A stretch of 64,000 bases of DNA, from NCBI GenBank assembly GCA_963799775.1, contig CAWCYD010000003.1:1056001-1120000 (forward strand). Direction: 5' to 3'. The translations under genes and the position numbers were made by a program. The notes beneath the pieces are model-generated. The model made no database searches, was not told the origin of the DNA, and saw nothing but the letters and a program-made list of their open reading frames with translations. Shown here in pieces: positions 38,428 through 49,070 of the stretch (position 1 is its first letter; each line of letters starts with the position of its first letter). Source of the DNA: an uncultured archaeon. GTDB lineage: Archaea; Thermoproteota; Nitrososphaeria; Nitrososphaerales; Gagatemarchaeaceae.

Positions 38428-39279
38428 CTAGGCAAGGTCCGTGGACCTGAAGAAGAAGACCATGAGTCCAAACGCCAAGACAACCCAGACCAACAAAGAG
38501 CATCCCATGAGCGTCACGGCCAAGCGGACACCTGTCGACGGGCCTCCGAGATAGTTCTTGAGGATCTCGGCTGTCGGACCCAGCTGAGGTCCGTACGCGT
38601 TGAGCGACATCTCCGAGATGAGGGCCGCGCTCTCGACGGGGTTTACCAGGGCGGCTCGGACATCCGCGTAGATCCCGTTGGGGAGGGTCACTATGAGGCC
38701 GAAAGAGATGCCAAAGTCAGACAGGAGCACAAGAAGGAACCAGACGAAGATTGCGATGCTGAGAGCCGTCACCTTCCTCTTGCTTACGGTGGATATCACC
38801 ATCGCCAGGCTGAGCACTATCAGGTTGAGCAGGAGCGAGAGGCCTGCTTCGAATCCCAAGCCAGAGAACACCGACGTGTCCACGCTCAGCACCGCCAGCC
38901 CCACGAGAAGGTAGCCGCCCGAGATCACGAGCGACGTCGCGGCGAGCAACCCGAGGAAGCGACCGAGGAGGAACTGCGTCCGCGTGATGCGCGTGCAGAG
39001 CATGTAATGGAGGCTCCCCGACTCCTTCTCCTCGACTATGCTCAGGGCACCTAGCGGGAGGGAGAGCAGGGGCAGGAATGGGAAGGAGACGCTGCCAAGG
39101 TAGACGATGTAGCCGTTAAGCGTGGCGGCGGGCAGTGAGCCGTCGGCGATCAGTATTAGGAAAGGGACGTTGACGAGCACGAGGAAGTAGATTACGGTGA
39201 AGAAGATGAGCCACTTGGCCCTGATCGCCTCCCTGAACGACAGGGCTGAGAGCGCGAATACGGTCCTACTTCCCGTCAA
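38428..39279 (-). CDS. ABC-2-type (NosY-like) permease, copy 2
   Basis: Close paralogue of 16979..17815 (IVEEKESG, VNPVESA). Confidence 0.85.
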   Translation of the reverse strand: MTGSRTVFALSALSFREAIRAKWLIFFTVIYFLVLVNVPFLILIADGSLPAATLNGYIVYLGSVSFPFLPLLSLPLGALSIVEEKESGSLHYMLCTRITRTQFLLGRFLGLLAATSLVISGGYLLVGLAVLSVDTSVFSGLGFEAGLSLLLNLIVLSLAMVISTVSKRKVTALSIAIFVWFLLVLLSDFGISFGLIVTLPNGIYADVRAALVNPVESAALISEMSLNAYGPQLGPTAEILKNYLGGPSTGVRLAVTLMGCSLLVWVVLAFGLMVFFFRSTDLA

Positions 39280-40227
39280 TGCTCGCCACGGTCGTTTGCA
39301 GCAGCCTGCTGTAAGATGACTCGATCTTGGCCGGCTCCATCGAGACGTCGTCGAGCAGGTCTTCGTCCGCGAGCAGGGACTTCAAGAGCGCCACCTTGGA
39401 GCTCGTGGGGACGGTGACAACCACGGGGACCGTCGTTGGGTCGACCACCTCTGCCGTGTCCGGCTTCGACGAGCTCGACGACCGACTTCTGCATCCCTGC
39501 CTTCGGTTTGAGATAGAGAGTCTCGTCAGCGTTTATCCTCGCCAGGAGGTCAGCGGGAGCCCCCCGGGCGACCAACCTGCCTCGGTGCAACACCACGACG
39601 TCGTCGGCGAAGTCACCCAGCCCGGTGAGATGGGTGGCGATGAGAAACGTGGTGCCCGTTGACGAGAGCTTCCGGACGAGCTCCAGAAAGCTCAGCTGTC
39701 CCCTGAGGTCGATGCTGGCAAGAGGCTCGTCGAAGACGAGGAGCGGTGGGTCGGTAAGCAAGGCCATCGCCAGGGCCAGCCTCTGTCGCATCCCTCCTGA
39801 GAGCGAACGAATCGGCTTCCTTCTCACCTTCCCAAGCCCCACGGCCTCGAGCTTCTCGATGGCCGCCTCCTTCCCGGTTCCTTTGACGGTTGCCATGAGT
39901 CTCGATTCTTGCTCCACGGTGAGGTTCTCGTAAAACGCCGCATATTGCGGGACGTAGCCGATCCTCTCCCTGGCCTTCGAACCCTCCTTCACGACGTCGA
40001 ACCCGTCCACCGTTATCGTCCCCGTGAACTTGTAGACTCCCATGATCGTCTTCACCAAGGTGCTCTTCCCGGCGCCGTTCAGGACCCAGTAGGAGGGTCT
40101 TCCCCCCCTTCCGCACCCTGAATGAGACGCCCTTGAGCATATGATACGCACCGAAGGACTTGGAGACGTCGGAGACCTCGAGCATCTCCCCTGTGCCGCC
40201 TCTCGCCGTGTCCTCGCCCTGGCTCAT
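39266..40227 (-). CDS. ABC ATP-binding protein (NosF-like), copy 2; frameshifts at about 40085 and 39450
   Basis: Pieces MLEVSDVSKSFG..LLG / NGAGKST..LSGGMRQR..FDEP / MEPAKIESSY align to 17812..18717. TGATG overlap with the upstream gene. Confidence 0.8.
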
Positions 40228-42018
40228 CAGGACTCGTCCTCGTCCATCTCTTCCCAGGTCTCGACGCTGCGGCCCCTCCGCCACACCATGACCGCAAATC
40301 CGCATACGATGATCGCCCCAAAGAACAGGATCAGATAGACTCCCGAGCTGGAGCCGGGCAAGGTCACGGAGCCATTCGAGCTCCCGACGGCGATCAGAGC
40401 TGGTCGAGAGGCGACGACCGAGAGAGGGATGGTGCCGCAGATCGACTTGCCCACGCTCCGCGAGGTGCTGGTAGGGGAACCCCAAGAGCGGCCCGAGAAG
40501 TAGGCCATCTGAGTGGAGGGCTGGACATTGGGCTGGTCTATGCAGACCGTCGCCGTGCCGTTGCCTATCCCCCAGACGGCGATCTCATAGAACGCGATGG
40601 GTGATGAGACCAGACCCTGGGCCGCCTCTGCGTAGACAGGCTCCTTCGACCCCAGGTCTGCGGTGTAGACGTTCGCGGTGGAAGCAGAAGCGACCCCTAT
40701 CATGTCGGCTTCCACCCCAGTGGTAGAAGTCTGATTGACTGCGACGTGACAGATTGTTTGTTCAGCCATCTGATAGCATGTGTTCCCATTCGACGCCACG
40801 CCAACATTCTTCACGGCGGACGTTGTGGGGACATCGACATTGATGCCGGCGGTCGTCAAGGCAGCACCGCTGAACTCCAGCACCCTGTTGTTCAATTGAT
40901 CCGAGACCCAGAGGTCCCCCGCGGTATCGAAGGAGATCCCCAGCGGGTTATTCAACGAACTCTGGGTCAATCCGGTTGAGTTCGCCGTGAAAGCGCCGGA
41001 GCCGGCCGGCTGGCCGATCTCGTTCGATGCGTTCATCCCGTCGGTGAATGGAGGGACGAACTCCAAGACGCGGTTGTCTATACGGTCCGATACCCAGAGG
41101 TCGCCCGAGGGGTCGAAGGCGGGGCTCAGGGGTGCGTAGAGACCACTCCTGTTGTCGGCCGAGACCTCAGAGGAGAACTGGGAAGCGCCAGGGCGCTGCC
41201 CCAGCTCCAGGACGGCCGGAGGATCGTTGCCCCCCAGTGACGCCGCGGCGAACTCCAATACCCTGTTGAAGTTCTCGTCAGCGACCCAGAGGTTTCCCGA
41301 GGAGTCGAACGCTATTCCGTTGGGGCCGAAGAGACTGCTCTCTGAAGGAGAGATGTAGGGCGCGACCGTGCTCAGGTCGACCTGCCCTACGACAGATGAA
41401 GCGTTCATGCCGTCGGTGAAGGGCGGCTTGAACTCCATGACCCGGTTGTTGCCACGGTCAGATATCCAGAGGTCGCCAGAAGGGTCGAACTTCATGTCGA
41501 CTGGGGAGTTGAGGCCGTTGGGCCCCACTGAAGGCGTGCTGGTCATGAACTGCAGGCCCCCGGCCGCATGCCCCAGTTCTAGAGAGGCGTTCATGCCGTC
41601 GGTGAAGGGCGGCTTGAACTCCATGACCCGGTTGTTCAGGACGTCCGCGACCCAGATCTGCCCCCTGGTGGTCGAAGGTGACGCCCGCCGGTATCCAGAG
41701 TCCGTCCTGGCTTGTGCCTGGGGCATCCGAAGTAAAGCTCGGCTGACCGATCTCCAGAGAGGCGAGCTCGCCATCGGAGAGGGGGTACTTGAACTCCAGG
41801 ACGCGGTTGTTGTCCTCGTCCGCGACCCAGAGGTTACCCGAAGAGTCGAAGGTGATGCGAAAGGGATGATACAGGTGGTTCTGCACCGCGCGTGTCGAAG
41901 AAACGAAGTTCGACTGACCGATCACGGTGGAGGCGAGCTGCCCGCCGCCGCTCTGGAAGCCGAACGCGGAGGAAGCAACGGAGGCCACCGTCATGAGGAA
42001 AGCGAGCGCCATCAGCAC
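40227..42018 (-). CDS. NHL-repeat beta-propeller surface protein 2 (frameshift at about 41662)
   Basis: ORFs 41458..42018 and 40227..41774 join at a G run; NHL repeats; C-terminal TM. Confidence 0.85.
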
Positions 42019-42053
42019 GGAGAATAGCTTGCTACTGAACGGAGGAGTGGCTT

Positions 42054-44052
42054 TCAGGCCCAGATGTCCATCTCCTCCGACTCGGCTTCCTCGGCTTCTC
42101 GGGCCTCTTCGGCTCTGGCTCGCGCGCTCCTCCGTCTTGCCGCAATCACCGCGAGGACGACGATGGCCGCACCGACCACCAAGGCCAGCGCGGTCGTCGT
42201 CTGTGGGGAAAGGATCGATCCCGAACTAGAACGAACTGCGGCCGAACCGGATCCGATAGAGTTCCCCACCGCGATGACCGTATTTCCCGCGGAGAACGCG
42301 GAGAGTGGGAGGTCGGCGCAGACGGTGGACCCGTTTCTTGTCGGGCCGCTGGTGTTGACCCACCTGCCGCTGAGAAGGTATTGCAGGGCGAAAGAAGAGT
42401 TGGCCCGGGGCTGGTCTATGCAGACGGTCGTAGTGCCGTTGCCTATCCCCCAGACGGCGATTCTCATAGAACGCGATGGGCGACGAGACAAGGCCCTGGG
42501 CCGCCTCTGCGTAGACAGGCTCCTGCGGCCCCAGGTCGGCGGTGTAGACGTTCGCGGTGGAAGCAGAAGCGACCCCGGTGGCAGCCACCTTGACTCCTGT
42601 CAGCGCGCTCTGGTCGGCGACCACCGTGCATACTTCCTGCTCTCCCACCTGATGGCAGTTCTGACCCGATTGGCCGTTCTGGTTCGCCCTCTCCGTCGCA
42701 TTCGAGATGCTTATGGTTGTTCCAGCCGTCACGATGGCCGAGGAGCTGAACTCTAACACCCGATAGTTGCTCTCGTCCGCGACCCACAGGTCGCCTGAGG
42801 GGTCGAATCCTAGCCCGAGCGGGTTGTTGAGCCCCGTCTGATTCGTTGCAGAGACGCTGCTGGTGAACTCAGTAAGGCCGCTTGACTGGCCTATCACGAA
42901 GGACGACGATTCACCATCTTTGAAGGGCGGCTTGAACCCCAGGACCCGGTTGTTCAAGTGATCAGAGACCCAGAGGTCGCCGGACGAATCGAAGGCAATG
43001 AAGGTGGGCCCGTCCAACGTGCTCGACGTGTCTGCGGCAGTCTCGTTGGTGAACTGATGGGCTCCAGGGGGTTGGCCGAGCTCAAGGGCAGCAGGCGGGT
43101 CATTCATGTTCAGAGACGAGTTCGCGAATTCCAGAACCCGGTTGTTGTTCTCGTCAGAAACCCAGAGGTTTCCTTGCTTGTCGAAGGCCAAGCTCTGAGG
43201 CCCGAGGAATCTCGACTGTGTTGCCGTTACGTTCGTCGAGTAGTCATCCAGGCCGACCTGGCCCACGACGATGGAGGCGTTCATGCCGTCGCTGAATGGC
43301 GGCCTGAACTCAAGGACGCGGTTGTTGCCACGGTCAGCCACCCAGAGATCCCCCTGGTGGTCGAAGGCGACATCGATCGGGGCGGTGAACTCGTCTGCGA
43401 GGTGCGGGTTGACGAACTGGAGCGGAAAGTGAGGGACGGCGTCGTTGGTGCTGAACTCCCCGCTCCCAGCTGGCTGGCCCAGCTCTAAGGAGGCGTTCAT
43501 CCCGTCGGTGAAGGGCGGCTTGAACTCAAGGACGCGGTTGTTCTGCAGGTCAGAGACCCACATGTCGCCTGACGAATCGAAGGTCACGCTCGTAGGCTCG
43601 GAGAGTTGCGACTGGGTGGTCGCGCCCGAATTGGAGTCGAGGTTATCTTGCCCGATCACCAAGGAGGCGTTCATTCCGTCGGTGAAGGGCGGCCTGAACT
43701 CAAGGACGCGGTTGTTGTCCTCGTCCGCGACCCAGAGGTTACCCGAAGAGTCGAACGTCGGTTTGAATGGATGAGCGAGGGCGCTTGGGGTGGATGCCCG
43801 GATGGAGGATAGGAAGTCCACCTGGCCGATGACTGTGGAAGCGAACTGTCCCCCGGTCTGGAATCCGCTCACCGGGGGACGCGGGATCACGGTAGCGATA
43901 AAGGCAGAAGCGAGGAGCAACCACAGGGCCACGACGGCGCACGACTTTATTCCGGAGCTCCTGTCGTCCTCCCTGGGACGACCGATGGAGGAGTGATGGG
44001 CAGTCAGGCCGGTACAGGCACCTCCTCTGACTGGTGGCAACTCAGCCACCAC
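42054..44052 (-). CDS. NHL-repeat beta-propeller surface protein 3 (frameshift at about 42462; start approximate)
   Basis: ORFs 42226..44052 and 42054..42491. The extra T is visible against the paralogous DNA at about 40580. Confidence 0.85.
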
Positions 44053-45869
44053 CCAGCGACCCCTGGGCCATCGGGAGGAGCTGGTATGGCCGCATCATCT
44101 CGTTGTCCTCGTGCTCCAGTATGTGACAATGCCAGACATAGTAGGGGGCAGCGGTAGCGTCGAAGGAGAACTCTGTGCCGGTCCTCGGGGCGAATCTCAC
44201 GATGAGCCGTGTTATCAGGTCGGGATACGCCTTGATCGTGTCCTTCCAACCGGCCTCCTCGGGCGGGACCAGGAAGGGGAGGTCCTCGAAGTACGGTGTC
44301 GGGTCTAGGAGATTCCCCGCGCCTGCCCCCGCCGCGAGATTGGGATTTGCCGCAAGGTAGTCGGCCGAGTACTTTTCTGCGTTGAACTCTTGTCGGTTGA
44401 GAATCTGGAACTGGACCAAGTGGATGTGGATGGGATGCGCGTCCTCGGTTATGTTGAGCAACTCCCAGACCTCCGTGGACCCCATCACGGGGTTCTCTGT
44501 TATCGGGTTTCCCCAGTTTGTGTTGTTGAGCAGGCTTATGGTCGGACCCGCGGAGGTGTCGAACTCGTTGAGGAGGAGCCTCCTCGTCGTCGAGACGCTC
44601 TCCCCCGCTAGGGGCAGCTTGGGCACCTGCACGAGCGAAGATGGGAGGACGCTCCTGTCGGGCACCTTGGGACTCGACGACGTTGAACTGCATTATCTGC
44701 CCGGTCGTCTCGGTGTCCGGAAGGTCTCCCCCTGGATAGGGGCCGGGTGCCGTGTTGTAGAGGATGGCCTTGTCGCCCACCTCGAGGGCCGAGAAGTCGA
44801 CCACCGTGTCGGCTCGTTCCGCGGGGGCCAGGAAGATGTCCGAGATCTGGACGGGCGCCGAGAGGTATCCTCCGTCGGTCCCGATCTGATAGATCTTCAC
44901 AGGCTCGTCGGCGAAAGAGAGGTCGTAGAAGCGAGCGTTCGAGCCGTCCAGGAATCTGAGGCGGTATTTCCTCGGCTCGACCTCGAGGTAGGGCCAGACC
45001 ATCCCGTTAACAAGGATCGTGTCGCCGAAGTACTCTGGGATCCACATGGGATGGAGGCTCGGGTTCACCCCCTGGTTAGGATAAAGGATCGAGCCGTCCG
45101 AGTTGAAGAGCCTGTCTTGGATGAGCAGGGTGACCTCGTAGGGCCATCCGACTCGCTTCCCGTTCTGGACTATGGGAGGGTCGTTAGCACCGCCCGGGAG
45201 GGCGGCCTCGAACTGGAGGGTCGGGTCTCTGATGAAGTAGAAACCCGCCAATCCCGCGCAGACGTTCAGCCTAGTGATCCCGAGGGCGTGGTCGTGGTAC
45301 CAGAGCGTCGTCGCGTCCTGAGAATTCGGGTAGTCGTAGGTCTGGTTAGTCCACCCGGACCCCGTGGTGTTGAAGTTGAAGGAAAACCAGGCGGTCGGGT
45401 TGCCGTCGCTGTCCGCTCTTACCTCGGCACCGTGGAGGTGGACGACCGTCCTGACGTCGGGAGCACCGTATACTCCGTGGATGGTCACGTCGACCGTGTC
45501 TTGGAAGAGATGCGTCGTTGGGAGTTCGTTCAGGTATGTGACAGATATTGGGACCCCCTTCACGGCCTCGAAGGAAGGGCCAGGGTACGTCCCGTTGTAG
45601 CCCCAGAGCGGCGTGGGAGGGAGCTGGCTGTGGAGCTGCTGCTTGAACTCTGTCATCTTGATGTCGAAGGAGGTGCCGCCGGGGCTCGATGGGGAGATCA
45701 CGCTCGGGATGGGCAGGGGGTCGACGAATTTAGTGAGCTTCTTCGAGTTAAGTTGGGTTATCGTCGACGGGTGGCTCGAGGGCAGCACGAACCTAGAGAC
45801 GCCGTAGCCTAGGGCTGCGACCCCGACGACGCCGCCGACGGCCGCGGCGATGAATCTGCGCCTGTTCAT
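44042..45869 (-). CDS. Tat-exported multicopper oxidase (CotA/bilirubin-oxidase-like), frameshift at about 44670
   Basis: NRRRFI Tat signal; Cu motifs VHLHG, WYHDH, HPIHIHL, WHCHILEHEDNEMM. Confidence 0.92.
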
Positions 45870-45888
45870 CCGAAGCCTCTACCGGCGG

Positions 45889-46636
45889 TCACACCAAGTT
45901 CACTATGAAGCCGAGGAGGAATCCAAGGAAGACACCGAGATAGCCCAGCCGTTGCGAGCCGAGGGAAGGGCACCTGAAGATGGCCTTGAGCATCGGAAGG
46001 ACCGCGTACAGAATGGCTCCGAGGGCTAGGCCGTAGAAGACGAGGTTGAAGCTTGCAGAGCTGTAGTAGAACCCAATAGCGCCGCCAAACACCGCCGGCA
46101 GGCCTCCGATGAGGAACAGCACCGTGATCAAGCCTACTTTGCCCTGGGGCTTCCCCAGGAAGGGCAGGGCGATCGGGAACCCTTCGGTGATGTTCTGCAA
46201 GATGAATCCCACAAGGATGACGAGCGCCGCCCTCGAGAGACCGAACGCGATCGTAAGCGATCCGAAAACGAGCCCCTCTGTCAGGTTCTGGAATGCCATG
46301 CCGACGGCTATGATTGACGCGAGCTGGCTGGGAGACAGTCCCTTCTTCGACCTGCTCTCAGCGAAGAAGAGGACGAGGAACCCGAACGACAAGGAGATTC
46401 CAAATATCGCGTCGTTCGTGGCGGAGGGCCCGTACTCCGTAGAGGGACCCGTTATACAGAGACGCCGCTGCGTCGGTGAAGATGTCGCCCACCAGGAATA
46501 CAAGGATTCCTGCGGCTATCGCAGTAAGGAGCGTTATCCTCAGAGCACCGGTGTCCTTATGGAGGACTATGGGGAGGGAGATGAAGATCGAGAGGCCCAT
46601 TATCGCGGAGAGCGCGATGGTCTCTGCGAAGTCCAT
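45889..46636 (-). CDS. ZIP-family divalent metal transporter (frameshift at about 46435)
   Basis: AIAAGILVFL, GMAFQNLTEGL, LQNITEGF, ALGAILY. Confidence 0.75.
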
Positions 46637-46728
46637 GATGTTCGCGATAATAACAGGCCTTATAATTCATACGGTGTTAACGTGAACTGTTAACAGTGTT
46701 ATTAACGGAGACCGGGGCTCTCAGCGCG

Positions 46729-47109
46729 TTACTGCGTCGCGAAGTTGAAATCAAAGCCCTGCGTCTCGGTCGCCCCGGCCACAAGCTCGGTCGCCGTCCC
46801 CTTCAACTCCCACGTACCCGCGCTGGTTATCGGAGTGGTCACAATCACGTCTCCAAGGTTGACGTCTACCGTCTCGTTCAACAGATGAGTCGATCCGGGA
46901 GTCAGCACGAGGTTGTCAAACCAATCCGATGAGGTGAGGTCATTTCCGTTCTGACTGATCAAGTATGAGGCGCTCTGGTACGTGATGTTCTTGTCCGACG
47001 CGTTGTGAACAGAGATGACGATTAGCAGGATAATGTCAGCGCTGTTGTATTCCGTCACCTTACCGGACTGCAGGTTAATGACGACTCCCGTGGGAGTCGG
47101 ATGCTGCAC
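46729..47109 (-). CDS. Membrane-anchored beta-sandwich protein, unknown function (frame extends upstream through a TM helix to about 47230)
   Basis: In-frame IGVILGVVVIIVAIAAVIL precedes the ORF. Confidence 0.55.
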   Translation of the reverse strand: MQHPTPTGVVINLQSGKVTEYNSADIILLIVISVHNASDKNITYQSASYLISQNGNDLTSSDWFDNLVLTPGSTHLLNETVDVNLGDVIVTTPITSAGTWELKGTATELVAGATETQGFDFNFATQ

Positions 47110-47364
47110 TAGGATGACGGCTGCGATGGCGACGATTATGACTACGACACCCAGGATGACGCCAATCCTGATCTTGTTGGAAGGCCGCCACCTCAGACGG
47201 CTCCATCCCCTCTGGCTCGTCTTGACTTTCCAGTCGGGTCAGTCGTCGATGTGAGATGGCTTTCTGGTATCGCGCGCGTGTCACGCCGTGCATCTATGCG
47301 ACCGTCGCTGCGGTACTCCGTGCCCCGCTTAAGAACGCATCGAAGCGTGTGTGGATTCCCTGCG

Positions 47365-47940
47365 CTACCTGACGGGACGCGTATATGGGGAGCGAGAGAT
47401 TAGTCTGAGGTAGTAGTAGACCGAGACAAGGTCCAAGACGACTATCGCTCCGATGATCTCTTGCTGATATGATGCGAAGAAAGAGATGGCTCCGCTTACC
47501 TCAAGGCTGTTGAGCCCTATGAAGTAGAGGGCAGGACCGAGGAGAGGGATGCTGCAGGAGCAGCTCGCCGCGATCGCGCCGATAGCGACGCCGATTGGGC
47601 TCTGGGCGACCCCGGTGAGAGACCGTGCCTTCCTGGAGCCCCACAGGTAGGACAAGGCAACTGTGGCCAAGAGAGAAGAAGCAAGAACGAGTAGCACGAA
47701 GAGGTAATAGGGGATGACGAGGAAGAAGAGCCCTGCGTTGGAACGAGTTATCGTCTCGTAGAAGAAAAGGTAGTAGACCCCGAAGAAGAGGGCGTTGATG
47801 AGGAGTGTCTTCCAAGAAGAGTAGAGGGAAAGAAACGCTCTTCTGATCGAGGGCGGATGCGAGCCCGCGGGGGACTGCGACTGCAGATCGTTCTGAAGCA
47901 AGGATCTTCCCGCCACAACTCTGACGCGGATTGGTCTCAT
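47365..47940 (-). CDS. Multi-pass membrane protein with an intramembrane CxC (SCSC) motif
   Basis: Four hydrophobic segments; GAIAASCSCSIPLL. Confidence 0.65.
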   Translation of the reverse strand: MRPIRVRVVAGRSLLQNDLQSQSPAGSHPPSIRRAFLSLYSSWKTLLINALFFGVYYLFFYETITRSNAGLFFLVIPYYLFVLLVLASSLLATVALSYLWGSRKARSLTGVAQSPIGVAIGAIAASCSCSIPLLGPALYFIGLNSLEVSGAISFFASYQQEIIGAIVVLDLVSVYYYLRLISRSPYTRPVR

Positions 47941-47967
47941 CCCGCGATTTAATGGTTTGGAGCGCAG

Positions 47968-49005
47968 AGGTGTGTCGAATAACTAATCGTTTGGTCAAGG
48001 TTCCCTCGCTCAGGTGGATGAGAGGAGAGGGAATCCTCTCATGATGGCGTGGTCACGAAGAAGAAGCGCAACTGGAAGGAGTACAACGAGTCGCTGGTGA
48101 GGAGGGGAGAGCTCCTCTTCGATACCGATTTTTTATCTGGATGGAGCGCAGAACTAGGGAAGCTCAACGAGGAGAAGGAAGGAGCGAGATATCGCTATCC
48201 AGACTCGTTAATGAGTATGCTCGCAGCCATCCACGTCTACCTGCTCCCGTACCGGGAGCTGGAGGGGTTCCTCAGGATGTTCGCGGGACACGTGGAAGGG
48301 CTCAAGGTCACAGACTACACCACGATGTGGTGGCGGATATCGCGAGTAAAGATAGAGCTGGACCCGAACGTAGACCCAGACGAAGACGTCACCATAGCGG
48401 TTGACTCGACCGGGATCAAGGTCTCCAACCGAGGGGAGTGGATAAGGCAGATGTGGGCGGTGAAGCGAGGCTTCATCAAGGTCCACCTGGCCGTGGACGT
48501 CAAGACCGGGAAGATACTCTCGATGGAGGTGACGAAGGACGACGTGCACGACAGGAGGATGCTCGTCCCTCTGGTGGAGGGAGCGTCGTCGAAGGCGAGC
48601 GTCACGAGGGCGATAGCGGACGGGGCGTATGACTCGAGGGAGATATTCAGCTACCTGGACTCGAAAGGGATAGAGCCCGTGGTCAAGGTGCGAAAGGACG
48701 CCTCTGTGCACTCTCTCGGGTGCATGCCCAGGAAGCTCGTCGTGATGGAGCAGCTGAGGGACAGGGAGCGGTGGAAGAGGAGGCACGGGTACGGTCAGCG
48801 GGCGAGGGTCGAGTCGGCGATATCCTCGTTCAAGCGTACGTTCGGGGAGCACATAACCTCGGTGAAGTGGGAGAACATGGTGAACGAGCTCCTGCTGAAG
48901 GCACAGGTCTACAACCTGTTCGTCGGGATCTCGAACCCCTAGACGAGAGGCGGGCGGAGTAGCGATGCGCGAAAGTAGCCGATCGTGAAGTTATTCGACA
49001 CACCT
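47968..49005 (+). mobile_element. Complete IS5-family insertion sequence (1038 bp)
   Basis: Perfect 17-bp TIRs AGGTGTGTCGAATAACT (47968-47984 and 48989-49005). 8-bp target duplication GAGCGCAG (47960-47967 and 49006-49013). Confidence 0.95.
48049..48942 (+). CDS. IS5-family DDE transposase
   Basis: NWKEYNESLVRRGE, DYTT, AVDSTG, ADGAYD, YGQRARVESAISSFK. Confidence 0.95.
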   Translation: MVTKKKRNWKEYNESLVRRGELLFDTDFLSGWSAELGKLNEEKEGARYRYPDSLMSMLAAIHVYLLPYRELEGFLRMFAGHVEGLKVTDYTTMWWRISRVKIELDPNVDPDEDVTIAVDSTGIKVSNRGEWIRQMWAVKRGFIKVHLAVDVKTGKILSMEVTKDDVHDRRMLVPLVEGASSKASVTRAIADGAYDSREIFSYLDSKGIEPVVKVRKDASVHSLGCMPRKLVVMEQLRDRERWKRRHGYGQRARVESAISSFKRTFGEHITSVKWENMVNELLLKAQVYNLFVGISNP

Positions 49006-49070
49006 GAGCGCAGAGAGAATGGCGACCAAGCTATGGGCAAGTTTCGAAGAGTCTAAATCGAGAAGTTCGA

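Noticed and set aside
16979-40227. N2O reductase (nos) cluster
   Set aside because: There is no NosZ CuA/CuZ motif, NosD or NosL in the window; only the ABC pairs resemble NosFY.
36598-44052. Regularly spaced repeats as a possible CRISPR array
   Set aside because: They are in-frame NHL blade-coding repeats of variable sequence, with no repeat-spacer structure and no cas genes.
44382-45812. Long antisense or alternate-frame ORFs (e.g. 44382..45812 +, 12277..13551 +, 49746..50753 -, 53498..54652 -, 55608..56645 -)
   Set aside because: These are shadows of real genes caused by high GC3. They have Arg/Gly/Pro-rich or motif-less translations.
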